A stretch of 64,000 bases of DNA, taken from Carcharhinus longimanus (taxonomy: Eukaryota). The position numbers and the translations under genes are program-made. The notes below the pieces were generated by a model, which did no database searches, was not told the DNA's origin, and worked only from the letters and a program-made list of their open reading frames with translations. Numbering within the stretch: the first letter of the stretch is position 1; every line of letters starts with the position of its first letter. The DNA lies in assembly GCA_030264375.1 (NCBI GenBank), contig JASCQW010000156.1, positions 22,133,281 through 22,197,280 on the forward strand, read 5' to 3'. Below, piece by piece: positions 13,200-60,594 of the stretch.

Positions 13200-13238
13200 C
13201 ACCTGACGAAGGAGCAGCAAGCGCTCCGAAAGCTAGTG
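13200..13238 (+). ncRNA. Minimal type-I hammerhead ribozyme motif (PLE-associated)
   Basis: CAC-CUGACGA-A-GGAGC-agcaagc-GCUCC-GAA-AGCU-A-GUG. Confidence 0.75.
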
Positions 13239-13380
13239 GCGTTTGCTACCAAATAAACCTGTCGGACTTTAATCTGGTGTTATGAGACTTCTTACTGTGT
13301 TTACCCCAGTCCAACGCTGGCACCTCCACATCATGACACATTAGGCTCACATTAAATATTAACATTCACATTTCATAAAG

Positions 13381-13925
13381 GAGCGGCACGGTGGCAGAGT
13401 GATTAGCATTGCTGCCTCACAGCACGAGGGATCTGCATTTAATTCCAGCCTCGGGTCACTCACTGTCTGTGTGGAGTTTGCATGTTGTCCCTGTGTCTGT
13501 GTGGGTTTCCTCCCACAGTCCAAAGATGTGCAGGTTAGCTTGATTGGCCCTTAGTGATGAGGGGATTAGTGGGGATAAATATGTGGGATTACGGAGATGG
13601 GACCTGGGTAGGAATGTTGTCGGTGCCCAGGCTCAATGGGCCAAATAGTCTCATTCTGCACTGTAGATCCTATGATTCTAACACTGCAATGAAGTTACTG
13701 TGAAAATCTCCTGGTGCCACACTCTGGCACCTGTTTGGGTACACTGAGGGAGAATTTTACCGTGGCCAATGCAACTAACCAACACATCTTTCAGACCGTG
13801 GGAGGAAACCCACGCAGACACAGGGGGACGTGCTGATGCCACATTGACAGTGACCCAAGTTGGGAATTGAACCTGGGTCCCTGCGCTATGCCCGGCAGTG
13901 CTAACCACTGTGTCACCATGCCACC
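13381..13925. mobile_element. Two adjacent V-SINEs, tail-to-tail (plus 13381-13680; minus 13680-13925)
   Basis: tRNA-like heads at both outer ends, V-domains in opposite orientation. Confidence 0.8.
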
Positions 13926-16900
13926 CCTTTATGTCACTTTGGTCTGAAAAAAAATGGATTTACAAGCCATTTGTATGTTATTAAATTATGTTTGGTGTTG
14001 AAATAGACTTGCCTGATTATTTTTGAGATAGTTTCATTCATCTATTCAGATCCAGAGATCTCAACATCAACAGACTGCTCTTCAGTTATTTTTTCTTAAA
14101 TGATCTTGGGTCTTTGACTACACCTTTTTTTTAGTTCATTCATGGGACATGGCATCACTGGCTGACCAGCATTTATTGCCCATCCCTAGTTGCTGTGGCT
14201 AGACCAAGTAAGGATAGCAGATTTCCTTCCCTAAAGGACATTAATGAACCAGATGGTTATTTTCCCCCAACAATGGACAATGGTTTCATGTTCATCAGTA
14301 GATTCTTAATTCCAGCTATTTTTTATTAAATTCAAATTCCACCATCAGCTGTGGCAGGATTTGTACTTGTGTCCCCAGAACATCAGCTGAGTTCCTGGAT
14401 TAATAGTCAACAATAATACCACTAACCCATCACCTAGTGGTATGGAAACTAATTCCACATACTAAGCTCTGACAAAAGGTTATCCAGACGTTTGGCTCTA
14501 TTCTCTCTCCGCAGATGCTATCAGACATGCTGATATTTTCCAGCATTTCTGTTTTTGTTTCAGATTCTAGCATCTGCAGTATTTTGCCTTTATCCACATA
14601 CAGATCACTTCCTTGTCATACTGTAAAATGGGTGATAGAGAGTTTTGCAGACAAATTTACATTTCTTTCATTTTCTGGTGAAGAATTTCCTGAAATCTGC
14701 CCTAAAAAAATGGCTTCTCATGTTTAAACCTTAACTTCTTGTGCTACTCCAGCAATTTAATTTCTTTCAGATAATGACACTAAATTACATAGAATATCCA
14801 GCACAGAAACAGGATAAAGATATTTTCTGGTGTTTCTGCTGCCCATGCGCCCCCTCCCAATTCACTTAATCTAATCTTATCAACATAACCCTTATATCCT
14901 TCTTTGTATGTTTATCTGGCTTCCGTTAATGCATTTAGCTGTTTGTCTCAACTATTTAGTGAGCTTAGCTCACCACTTCTAATCACTCTAGGTATGTAAA
15001 ATATTCCTTTTGAACTCCTTTATTGGTGACTTATCTTATTTTTATGGCCTCTTTATTGTCTCCCCCAAAAGTGGAAACATTGTATCTATACATTATCAAT
15101 TCCTTTTATAACCTTAAAGATTATGTTATCTTTCAGCCTTTTCTTTTCAGAGCTCCAAGTCTAATCAATTTCTCTCTGGTCCTTGTAACCTCTCACTTCT
15201 GTTATTAGCCTTATAATCTTTGTTGCAGCTTCAATACCTCTATGTCCTTTCTACATAAGATCATAACTCTGCACAGTATTTTAGGTGTGGTCTAACCAAG
15301 ATTCAATAAAGATCTAACACGATAGATGGAATTTAATGCCTTCGCTTTGGCAAGTTTGGTGTTTAATCAGGTCGGAGAGTGACGGGTTGGGACCCTGCCT
15401 TCCTGCTTCCAACCTGATTAAGTCAGTGGCAGGAAGGCCTATGGATGGCTTTCCTACTCCTTGCCAAGGTATTAACCTAGCAGCGGCAGGAAGCAACATG
15501 CAATGAACATGACAAATAAACATGCACATGGTTGCTTGCAAGTTTCCAGGGTGGTGTCCCTGGCTCAAAGACACTAATGCCTGATCGAGGGACCAGATGT
15601 TGGGAAGGGGAGGCGTATATGAGAGGCACACTGAAAGCCATTACCTGGCCAGCTCCTCCACTATGACCCATCCCACAACCCTCCTGCTTCCCCCCTCCCC
15701 CCATCACCAGCCAGTGACAATCCTAAACTTTGGATGGATGTCCTACCAGCAGCAGCATCTCACCACTGGTATTGCCATTCAATCGGCCTCTGATTTAGCT
15801 GGCAATTCTTGGCAGGTGGGACACCTGCTCTGCAAGTTCTTGATCGCAAGGAAGTCCACTGCTGTCCAACCAAGTGCCTGGCTGAGTGGCAGTAATATAG
15901 TGGTGTTCCCTACAAGAGACACTGAGCTCTTGCTAACTTTCCAGCTGGTGATTAAGATGCCTTCATTAAATACTGCCCAATGTTGCTGTTTCTTAATTCT
16001 ATTTCTCAAGAAATAAACTGCTGTACTTTGTTTGCTTGTCTTACATCGCCTTGTTCTGTGATCTGTGCATCCTTACTCTTTCCTCCACTACTGCAGATTC
16101 TTACTTTCCGAGGATTACCATTTTGTGACCCCACAGCCTGCCCTACTGCACTTTGCACTTCTCCCCTCTCTGGTTAACACTGGTAATCTTCTTCTACCCC
16201 TAATCCTAATCGCATCTTCTCCCCTCGGGCCCTACTCAAAAACACCATTCCCAGTTGCTTCAATCTCACTTCATTATGATCCATTTCCTTCTCACACTCA
16301 ATAGGAATCCTACCCGAGTCTTGTAATGATACCAGTCTCTGCATGCACAAGGCAGGAATTCCTGTTCTTGCAAATACAAGTCCCACAAAACGTTAGCTGT
16401 TGGCACACAAGCCTCTGCAATTCGAAACCAGCATATTCTCTGCTCTAAGAATACATTGGCTTTGCTGAAGCAGAGGCTAAGATAGCTCTGAGTTTTAATT
16501 AGCGTTCTCTGACACACAGATCATCTCTCTCAGTTGAAGAGTTAAGTGGCCTTCCAGAACTGGCAGAAAAGATAATTACATCAGGAAAGGTATAGAGTCT
16601 TTTAATGTTTTCTTTCCATAACTGTTCTCCGTATGACTGCATCCAGAAATACAGAGCCAGTTCCTACACAGTGCTCACACTCAACTCTGCTTCTCAACGC
16701 AACAGGGTCTGTGCTGTGAATTGTTTGTCCAATGTTCAGTTATAGATGAGTGGCAATATCCTGAAACTCAACATCCATCATTTTGGCCCCATCCACAAAT
16801 ATAATGTGGGGGCTTTTAAACCCCAAAATGGATGAGCTGTGGAAAGTATTGAAATGTCAAACCCAAACCCAATCAACTTGAAATATGCCTATTTCCATTC

Positions 16901-19199
16901 TTAGTCGAGGCAGGATGCAGGAATGGGATTGATCAACCCATTCTTGGGATAAATATTATACAAAGGTTGCTTGCCTGACATTTTATGCCTTCCAGGTTTC
17001 CTGAACATTGGGAGCTGGAGGGAAGCAAGGACATCTGCGTGGAAAAGATAAATGCCTTTCCAGCACTGTTCAAGTACAAGAAGGAGCAAAAATACTTCCC
17101 TCCGGGCCACAAAGCAAATAAACTATCCCCTTCAGATCATGGACTCACCTGCCCTCCCATCCCATTGATCTCTTCCTTCAACTCTGACCCATCATCACCC
17201 AAGCTGCTCTCTAGATACTCCACGGCCCCCCGACTCTATCTGTATTCCAGGTTCCCTACCTGTCCTGGGCAGCAGTCTCCTCCAGTGTGTTCCTCACCTG
17301 ATATGGAGCCAAGCCTGTCAATCAATCTGGTCTCTGGCAGGGCAGTGTCTTAGATGTAATGATGCTGCACTAGTAATCCAGAGACTCAGGCTAGTATTCT
17401 AAGGGTCAAATCCTCACTAAACTATTGGATTATCATAAAAACTCATCTGGCTCGCTTTTAAGGAAGGAAAATTGCTGTCCTTACCTGATTTACCCTACCT
17501 ATGACTCCAGACTCACAGCAATGTTGTTGACTCTAACTGTCCAAGTAAATCAATCAGTTGAACCAATCTACTAAAAATTCAATTTGTAAGACTAGTTGGA
17601 TCACACAGCATCAGACTAGGCACTGGAATTGATCTATACCAGAAGGACTTGCAGGGAATCTACAATGTGGCATCCCACCACTTTCTCAAGGGCAATTAGA
17701 TATGTTGGTCTTATCAATGATGCCTATGAAAGATTGCAAAAAACCTGCTGGAAGTAAATACAATACTGGCTCTGAAAGCCAAGATCTGGTCAGTTATCTT
17801 CTTGATCCTCTTACCCATCCATTCAATCACAAAAATTGTTTATTTCCACCTCCACAATATTTCTTGTCTACATTTCGATGCCATTAATGCCTATATATCT
17901 TCAAGTGATGAAGTGGCACTTCACAGTGAACCCACAAACTCAGAATGGGAGAGTGATTCTATGAATGACAAAACCTGAGGTCCCCTTGTGAGTGAAATGT
18001 CTCTCATCATTAATTCCCGTTTTGTGCTCCCATCATTGGTTTCATAAAAATTAACACAAAGAATTTTACTGGCTGGAACTACCACGTTGCCCACCTAGAA
18101 TCAGAGCGGGCGAGGGTCTGACAATGGAAATCTCCATTGACCTCAGGTGGGAGTTTCCAGTCTTGTCCGAGCGAGGCCATAAAATCCTGGCCATCATCTC
18201 TGTGTCCAAAGAGCTCATGCTGCAACATTCTGGTAATCAGGATAACCTTTCAACAAACACGTCAGTCTTGCTGAGTGTGCACGTGAATGCAATGATGGAA
18301 TCCAGTGAACAAGTGAAATTCATCTTTTAAAATCTACATTAAGCAATAATGATTCCAAATTTATGCTGCAAACAGAACTCTTGCTGTTGTACAACAGATA
18401 TACCAGGAAACAAAATCATTTTGCAATGAGGGCTAGGCTACAGGGACATTATTTTCTGAGTCTTGCATGGGGAGAGTACTGTACAGATTATAAACAATAC
18501 CACAAACTGTGGTCTGAAGAATGCAACATTCTTGTGTAAATCTTTATGACGGATTTTTATTTTATAATAAAAATATACAATTCATGACTGCATTTTTGAT
18601 TGTGCAAAGTACAAAGTTACAAATTAGTGAAATATTAAATATTTTACAAGCGTTCAATTCACACCAGGTGAGCTAAAATATCAGACAACTGTTACAAACA
18701 CTGATTTATTTTGGACTTTTGCCCATTCTCCCTCCTGAAGGTGCTCACTCCACATTGGATTACAGTTCCAAAAGTGCCAGTCTTGCTTTGGTAACTTGTC
18801 CAGCATGACCCATTTTATCCCCAAGTGTAGACTATGAACACTGACAAATTATTCAAACATGGAAGGCATCACAACTCAATCCAAGCATGTCTTTATTCAG
18901 CTTTCGGTAAGGGTCATCAATAGTGATTAAGAAAGGGCACACTGGCCTGTTTTTAATCTTCCTATCCCTGTCGACAGATACCAGTTGTAGCTGGAATGGC
19001 AGTAAGTGTGCTAAGATTAACTAACTCAGAACAAAGATCAAAGTTATTTCTTTACCATACATCTTGATTTAGGCACAGAAGCTAATTAAATAGAACTCTC
19101 ACATTTCATAATCCAGCTCAGGGTTGGGGTAGGGCAAGATTAATTGAACATAACTGCTTGTTGTGGTAACCAAGCTGCCCAGCAATTAGACTGAAAACC

Positions 19200-19422
19200 A
19201 TGTCGGAAAGATGAGCATAAGATGGTGCAGGATTTGACCACCCTGGTTACCACACTGCTTCAACAGATGCAGGACAAATTCCAGACCATGTCCGACCAGA
19301 TCATCGGTAGAAGTGATGAGATGAGCACTCACATTGATGACCCAGAGAAAAACATTGCTGATCTCATGGCGCAAGCAGAAGTTGAAGAAATAGGAGGAGA
19401 AGAAAGCAAGGCTCCCAAGTAA
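19200..19422 (+). pseudogene. HSBP1: Processed HSBP1 (heat shock factor binding protein 1) retrocopy with a 5' frameshift
   Basis: Intronless [55 protein letters not shown] closely matches HSBP1. The ATG at 19200 is 22 nt from the in-frame ATG at 19222 (out of frame). An AT-rich UTR-like tail runs to about 19620. Confidence 0.88.
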
Positions 19423-19829
19423 CCGAAAGAAGATGGTGGGAGACATTTTCTTGACACCTATTCAGCTTATTAATTCAAGAGTTGGTGCTGTGCTAAAATG
19501 AAATTTTTATATTGAAAATAATGGGTGTGTTAACAGCTATTTTTGAAATGTCTTTTGTAAGAAAATATATTGTTTAAAATTCAATACACATTAAGGGAAT
19601 TGTAAATTTGTTTAAAAAACTGCCTCATTTCACCATCCACTCTCTAGTGGTTCCATGTGTTTGAAGAACTAAAATAGTGTGAATCCAATTGTTCTTTCAT
19701 CAATTCAAGTATCGAATAGAGAAAGGTCAATTTTAGATGCTGAAACCAAATCTTTCTGTTACTCCCCAGCTGAACAAGTAAAGTGTCTTAAAGGTAATTT
19801 GAATAGTTCTCCTCCCCAAAAAGACAAGG

Positions 19830-19840
19830 TTTATTTTATT
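19830..19840 (-). terminator. Candidate CASP9 polyadenylation signal (overlapping AATAAA hexamers on the minus strand)
   Basis: Plus-strand TTTATTTTATT about 425 nt downstream of the CASP9 stop; usage not demonstrable. Confidence 0.4.
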
Positions 19841-20262
19841 TGAATGTTAGCACAATGAATGGATTGTGTCAATGCTGGTTAGTTCATCAATTGCGCAATG
19901 TCACCCACACATTAAAATACATTCAATGATTAATTGGCACCCAACACTCTCCTTGTGTAACCTAATATGATACAAATTTCCGAACTACAGTAGAAATATA
20001 CAACCTGAAGGAGAGGAATGGATCAGCACGCTGATAATTATTTCCTTGAAAAACCAGAATGCTGAGATATTTGAGATTTTTCGAAGTGATTTATAGCAAG
20101 CTGATAGCCGAATACTTCATAGAATCATCATAGAATTCCTACAGTGCAGAAGGAAGCCATTCGGCCCATCAAGTCTGCACCAACCACAATCCCACTCAAG
20201 CCCTATTCCCGTAATCCCACATATTTACGCTGCTAATCTTGTCAATCCATAATCTGAAAACA

Positions 20263-41915
<21,653 letters not shown>

Positions 41916-42656
41916 CTTCGATTGCCGGTTTCCCCCGTCCCCCGGGGCGGTGAGGGACCCACAGCCGCTGCCTGACCTTCTGCAAATGGCGGCCGACCGG
42001 GTTCCGGCTGCGCTGCTGGAGCCCAGTCAGAAATCTCACCGCACCAGGGTAAATATAACAGGTTTATTTGGTAGCAAATGCCAGTAACTTTCGGGGCCTT
42101 TGCCTCTTCGTCAGGTGAGTGGGAGTTCTTTTCACAAACAGGGCATATAAAGACACAAATTCAATTTACAGAATAATGATTGGAATGCGAGTCTTTACAG
42201 CTAATCAAGTCTCAAAGGTACAAACAATGTGAGTGGAGAGAGCGTTAAGCACAGGTTAAGGAGATGTGTATTGTCTCCAGACAGGACAGTTAGTGAGATT
42301 TTGCAAGTCCGGGCAAGTCATAGGGGTTACAAATACTGTGACTTGGACCCAAGATCTCAGTTGAGGCTGTCCTCGTGTGCGGAACTTGGCTATCAGTTTC
42401 TGCTCAATGACTCTGTGCTGTTGTGAAAGCCGCGTTGGAGAACGTTTACCCGAAGATCAGAGGCCGAATGCCTGTGACCGCTGAAGTGTTCCCGACTGGA
42501 AGAGAACAGTCTTGCCTGATGATTGTTGAGCAGTGTTCATTCATCCGTTGTCGTAGCATCTGCATGGTCTCCCCAAGACTTCTGTTCCTGTTGGGGAACA
42601 TTTCAGTGGTCACGGGCATTCAGCCTCTGATCTTTGGGTAAGTGTTCTCCAAGGCG

Positions 42657-43049
42657 ACTGGTGTCTCCCAGTCCCCTCTCTCTCTCTGAGGGGGATATCT
42701 GTCCACTGACTGGTGTCTCTCAGTCCCCTTTCTCTGTTTCTCAGGGAGATATCTGTACACTGACTGGCGTCTCTCAGTTCTCTCTCTCTCAGGGAGATAT
42801 CTGTACACTGACTGGTGTCTCTCAGCCCCTTCCCTCTCTCTCACGGAGGTATCTGCATACTGACTGGTGTCTCTCAGTGCCCTCCCTCTCTCTCTCAGGG
42901 AGATATCTGTACACTGCTGTCTCTCAGTCCCCTCTCTCTTTCTCAGGGAGATATCTGTACTCTGACTGGTGTCTCTCAGTCCCCTCACTCTCAGGGAGAT
43001 ATCTGTACACTGACTGGTGTCTCTCAGTCATTTCACTCTCTCAGGGAGA
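42657..43049. repeat. Minisatellite with a unit of about 50-56 bp (CTCTCAGGGAGATATCTGTACACTGACTGGTGTCTCTCAGTCCC plus variable CT run), at least 7 copies, running into a gap
   Basis: Tandem units read directly; explains the repetitive ORFs 42620-43281. Confidence 0.93.
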
Positions 43050-43149
43050 NNNNNNNNNNNNNNNNNNNNNNNNNNNNNNNNNNNNNNNNNNNNNNNNNNN
43101 NNNNNNNNNNNNNNNNNNNNNNNNNNNNNNNNNNNNNNNNNNNNNNNNN

Positions 43150-43371
43150 AGGGTTGGGTTCTTTACCCGGAGGGTGGTGAGGGATTGGAATGCCCTGCCT
43201 GCTGCAGTTGTAAATGCGCCTGGTTTGGGGGCGTTGAAGAGATCCGTGGATAGGTTTATGGATGGAAAGGGATTGGTTTAGGTTAGAGGGTCTTTGCTTT
43301 TTAATTGGTTGGTGCAACATCGTGGGCTGAAGGGCATGTTCTGCGCTGTAATGTTCTACGTTCTATGTTCT
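43150..43371 (+). mobile_element. CR1-type LINE 3' end with (GTTCTAT)n tail
   Basis: FFTRRVVRDWNALP...RSVDRFMD*; closely similar copy at 50928-51213. Confidence 0.85.
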
Positions 43372-44109
43372 AAGGCGGCCTTCACAACACACGACAGCGC
43401 AGAGTCGCTGAGCAGAGACTGATAGCCAAGTTCCGCATGTATGAGGACGGCCTCAACCGGAATCTTGGGTTTATGTCACACTATCTGTCACCCCCATGAC
43501 TTGTCTGGACTTGCAAAATCTCACTAACTGTCCTGTCTGGAGACAATACACATCTCTTTAACCTATGCTTAATGCTCCCTCCATTTACATTGTCTGCACC
43601 TTTAAGACTTGATTAGTTGTAAAGCCTTGCATTCTAGTTGGTATTCTGTAAACTGAGTGTGTGTTTTTATATGCCCTGTTTGTGATCAGAATTCCCCACT
43701 CACCTGATGAAGTGGCAGAACTCTGAAAGCTAGTGTTGTATGCTACCAAATAAACCTGTTGGACTTTAACCCGGTGTTGTGAGACTTCTTACTGCTGGAG
43801 CCTCCCAGAGTAAGCTGCAGACACTCACTTAATCATCCATCTTCCTCTGTAGCTGCCTTATGGTCTCCTCACCACTTACTTTCCTACCTAATTTTGTGTT
43901 TCCAGGAAATTTATCAACCGTATCTTCTGTGTCCGGGCAACAAGGGACTGCAACACATTGAGGACATGGGCATGACTGACAAATAACATTGCCACACTAT
44001 TCCCACATTATAATGTCTTGCAAAGGGTTTAATCACTCAGAAATCAAACAAGCCAGAGTGTTTATGGCTAAGGTCATTGCTTCAGGACAAAACCACCAAA
44101 GCTAGCAGG

Positions 44110-44395
44110 ATGGCAGCACAGTGGTTAGCACTGCTGCTTCACAGCACCAGAGACACCAATTCCAGCCTCGGGTGACTGCATGGAGACTGCACATTCTCCC
44201 TGTGTCTGCGTGGGTTTTCTCTCCCACACTCCAAAGATAGGTTGATTGGCCATGATAAATTGCCCCTTAGTGTCAGGGGAATTTGCAGGATAAATATGGG
44301 GGGGAGGTTAAGGGAATAGGGCCCGGGTGGGATTGTTGTCAGTGCAGGTTCAATAAGCCAAATGGCCTCCTTCTGCACTGTAGGGATTGTATTAT
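44110..44395 (+). mobile_element. HE1-like V-SINE
   Basis: Head, V-domain and tail. Confidence 0.8.
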
Positions 44396-44439
44396 TCGGA
44401 AATGCAGGTACCAGAAAAACTTGCTCCTGTAAAATTGAT

Positions 44440-45430
44440 GTCCCATTATTAAAGATATCATAGCAGGATATTTGTAAAAATTCAAGGTAATCAGGCAGAA
44501 TCAACATGTTTTGTGAAAGGAAAATCATGTTTAACCAGTTCAAGTTCTTTGCATCTGTTGTGGAGTAAGGGGAACCAGTGGATGTACTATACTTAGATTT
44601 CCAGAAGGCCTTTGCTAAGGTGCCACATGAGAGGTTATTGCGGAAAATTAAAGCTCATGGTGTAGGGGGTAACTGACATTGGCATAGATTGAAGATTGTC
44701 GAGGAAATAGAGTTGTCTTTTTCTGCTCGGGAGGATGTGACAAGTGGTGCGCCACAGGGATCAGTGCTGGGGCTTCAACTTTTTACAATTTATGTAAATA
44801 ACTTGGGTGAACAGATTAAAGGTATGATTGCCAAATTTGTTGACAACACAAAGTTAGATAGGAAAGTAAATGGTGAAGAAGACATAAAGAGGCTACAAAG
44901 GAACATAGGTTAAGTGAGTGGTCAGAAACCTGGCAAGTGGAGTAAGATATGCGCAGATGTGGAATTGTCCATTTGGTAGCAAGAGTACAAAAGAAGCTTA
45001 TTATCTAAATGGCAGAGATTTCAGAATACTGAGATACAGAGGGATGTGGGTGAGCCTGTGCATGAATCACAAAAGGCTCGTATACAGGTACAGCAAGCAA
45101 CTAGGAAAGCTAATAGAATGTTATCTTGTGAGGGGAATTGATTACAAAAGTAGGAGTTTTTGCTTCAGTTGTAAAAGGCGTTGGTGAGGTCACATCTGGA
45201 ATGCTGTGTACATTACTGGTGTTCCTATCTAAGAAAATATATCAGTGCATAGAAACTTCAGAGAAGGTGACTAGACTAATACCAAGAATGAATGAAGTTG
45301 CCTTATGAGGAAAGATTGGCGAGTTTGGGTTTGTGTCCACTCGAGTTTAGAAAAGTAACAGATGACTTGATTAAAACCTTTTTAGACCCTGAACGGCATT
45401 GACAGAGCAGATCAAGAGAGGATGTTTGCG
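44440..45430 (+). mobile_element. Degraded CR1-type LINE between CASP9 and DDOST
   Basis: YLDFQKAF, GAPQGSVLG and AKFVDNTK motifs. Confidence 0.85.
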
Positions 45431-45431
45431 A

Positions 45432-45712
45432 TTCATAGAATTCCTACAGTGCAGAAGGAGGCCATTCGGCCCATCAAACCTGCACCAACCACAATTCCAC
45501 CCAGGCCCTATTCCTGTAACCTCACACATTTATCCTGCTGATCCCCTGACATGGTCAATGTAGCATGGCCAATCAATCTAACCTGTACATTTTTGGGCTG
45601 CGGGAGGAAACCCATGCAGACACCAGTAGAAAGTGTAAACTCCACACAGTCAGTGACCCGAAGCCGGAATTGAACCTGGGAGCCTGCTAACCACTGTGCC
45701 ACCATACTGCCA
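45432..45712 (-). mobile_element. HE1-like V-SINE
   Basis: Head, V-domain and tail. Confidence 0.8.
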
Positions 45713-46429
45713 AAGCACATTCTCAGAGAATTCAGAAGTAGGGATCACTGTTTAAAAATAAGGGGTCACTCATTTAATCTCAATAATAATCTCAAACTTA
45801 CTCTTAATTTTATTGGAATTGTAGACTATTGAGTTGTTGCTTCTCCTACGATTTCAGTCTTTGTACATGCTCTTCTTTATTTTGTCCTATTGACAACCAC
45901 GCTCATTTTCTACTGTTTTCTACACAAACTCATCTGCTCTTGAATTTCCTTTAAGATTTTCTTAAGGCTCTTTGAACAAACTCTTGGTTACTCCAGATGA
46001 CTCTCTCTTTGGCTGTACACCCATTCCCCCACCCATTCAGCTACACCTTTTTTTGTGTTTGAATTTTTTTATCAGGTATTTTTGCCATTTTCTTTGCTAG
46101 GTTTGAACAGTGCTTTGGGTAAACAGTGATTTTTGTACCACTTCAAAGACAAATAAATGCATACGCCACTTTGTACAAATGTGCTAGTGAAACTTAAGGA
46201 GTTGCAAGGTTTTAATATAGTTGGCAAATGTAAACATGACGCCTGACTTTTAACATAATGTTTTTACTACAGCATATCCTATGATGTATAAACTTTAGTT
46301 ATTAGGATTATGATTTTAGATCAGGATAGAAAAGATGATAAATTAAACCATAAGCCATCCTCTATTCTGCTTGGTGTTTGGTATTAAGAGGAAAGTTGGG
46401 AACCCAAGATCACTCTCTGGTTTTCCGGG

Positions 46430-46685
46430 GACCACTTCCAGCGTTGCAGCAGGTGGTAGTGACAAGTTGTCTGGCGCTGATTGGTTAGCTTTTAAGAAGT
46501 AGGCGTGGTTGGCTTTACAAGTTGTCGGATTTTCGCGTTTAAAAAATTTTGGGACCTGAAATCTACAAATAAATAGTAAATGCAACGTTAACAATGGTAA
46601 AAAACGGGGAAAGAGAGATGGAGGACTGCTGTTGCTGAGGGGTTGTGGGCTGCTTCCGGTTCCGGTCTCTGTGCGGGAGCTGGAA

Positions 46686-46695
<10 letters not shown>
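46430..46695 (+). promoter_or_regulatory. DDOST: DDOST proximal promoter
   Basis: Inverted CCAAT (CTGATTGGTT, about 46477), GC-box-like GGCGTGG (about 46502), tandem ETS-like CTTCCGGTTCCGG (46653-46665), start codon in a YY1-like AAATGGCGG context. Confidence 0.6.

Positions 46696-60594
<13,899 letters not shown>

Larger units (their letters stand above)
12715..13335. mobile_element. Penelope-like element inverted-arm insertion upstream of DNAJC16
   Basis: Two arms in opposite orientation, homologous to the GIY-YIG-bearing copy at 42-43.8 kb; 14-bp direct repeat ACACATTAGGCTCA at 12701-12714 and 13336-13349. Confidence 0.8.
42024..43791. mobile_element. Penelope-like element with inverted arms (GIY-YIG C-terminus plus 3' region) directly upstream of CASP9, with a nested insertion
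   Basis: Minus arm translates GETMQMLRQRMNEHCSTIIRQDCSLPV..; plus arm GGLHNTRQRRVAEQRLIAKFRMYEDGLNRNLGFMSHY; TSD CTGCTGGAGCC at 42013-42023 and 43792-43802; degenerate hammerhead motifs at 42082-42117 (-) and 43701-43735 (+). Confidence 0.85.

Noticed and set aside
13381-13455. tRNA-like sequences (A/B boxes) here and at other SINE heads
   Set aside because: They continue into V-SINE bodies; these are tRNA-derived heads, not tRNA genes.
16170-16760. Non-repetitive-looking intergenic stretch, possible exon or conserved element
   Set aside because: No recognisable protein in the plus-strand frames I translated or in the supplied ORFs; conservation cannot be assessed without alignment.
42620-43320. 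Long repetitive ORFs, and a CRISPR-like look of the repeat array
   Set aside because: Translations of a minisatellite. The variable parts are CT runs rather than unique spacers, and the context is vertebrate with no cas genes.
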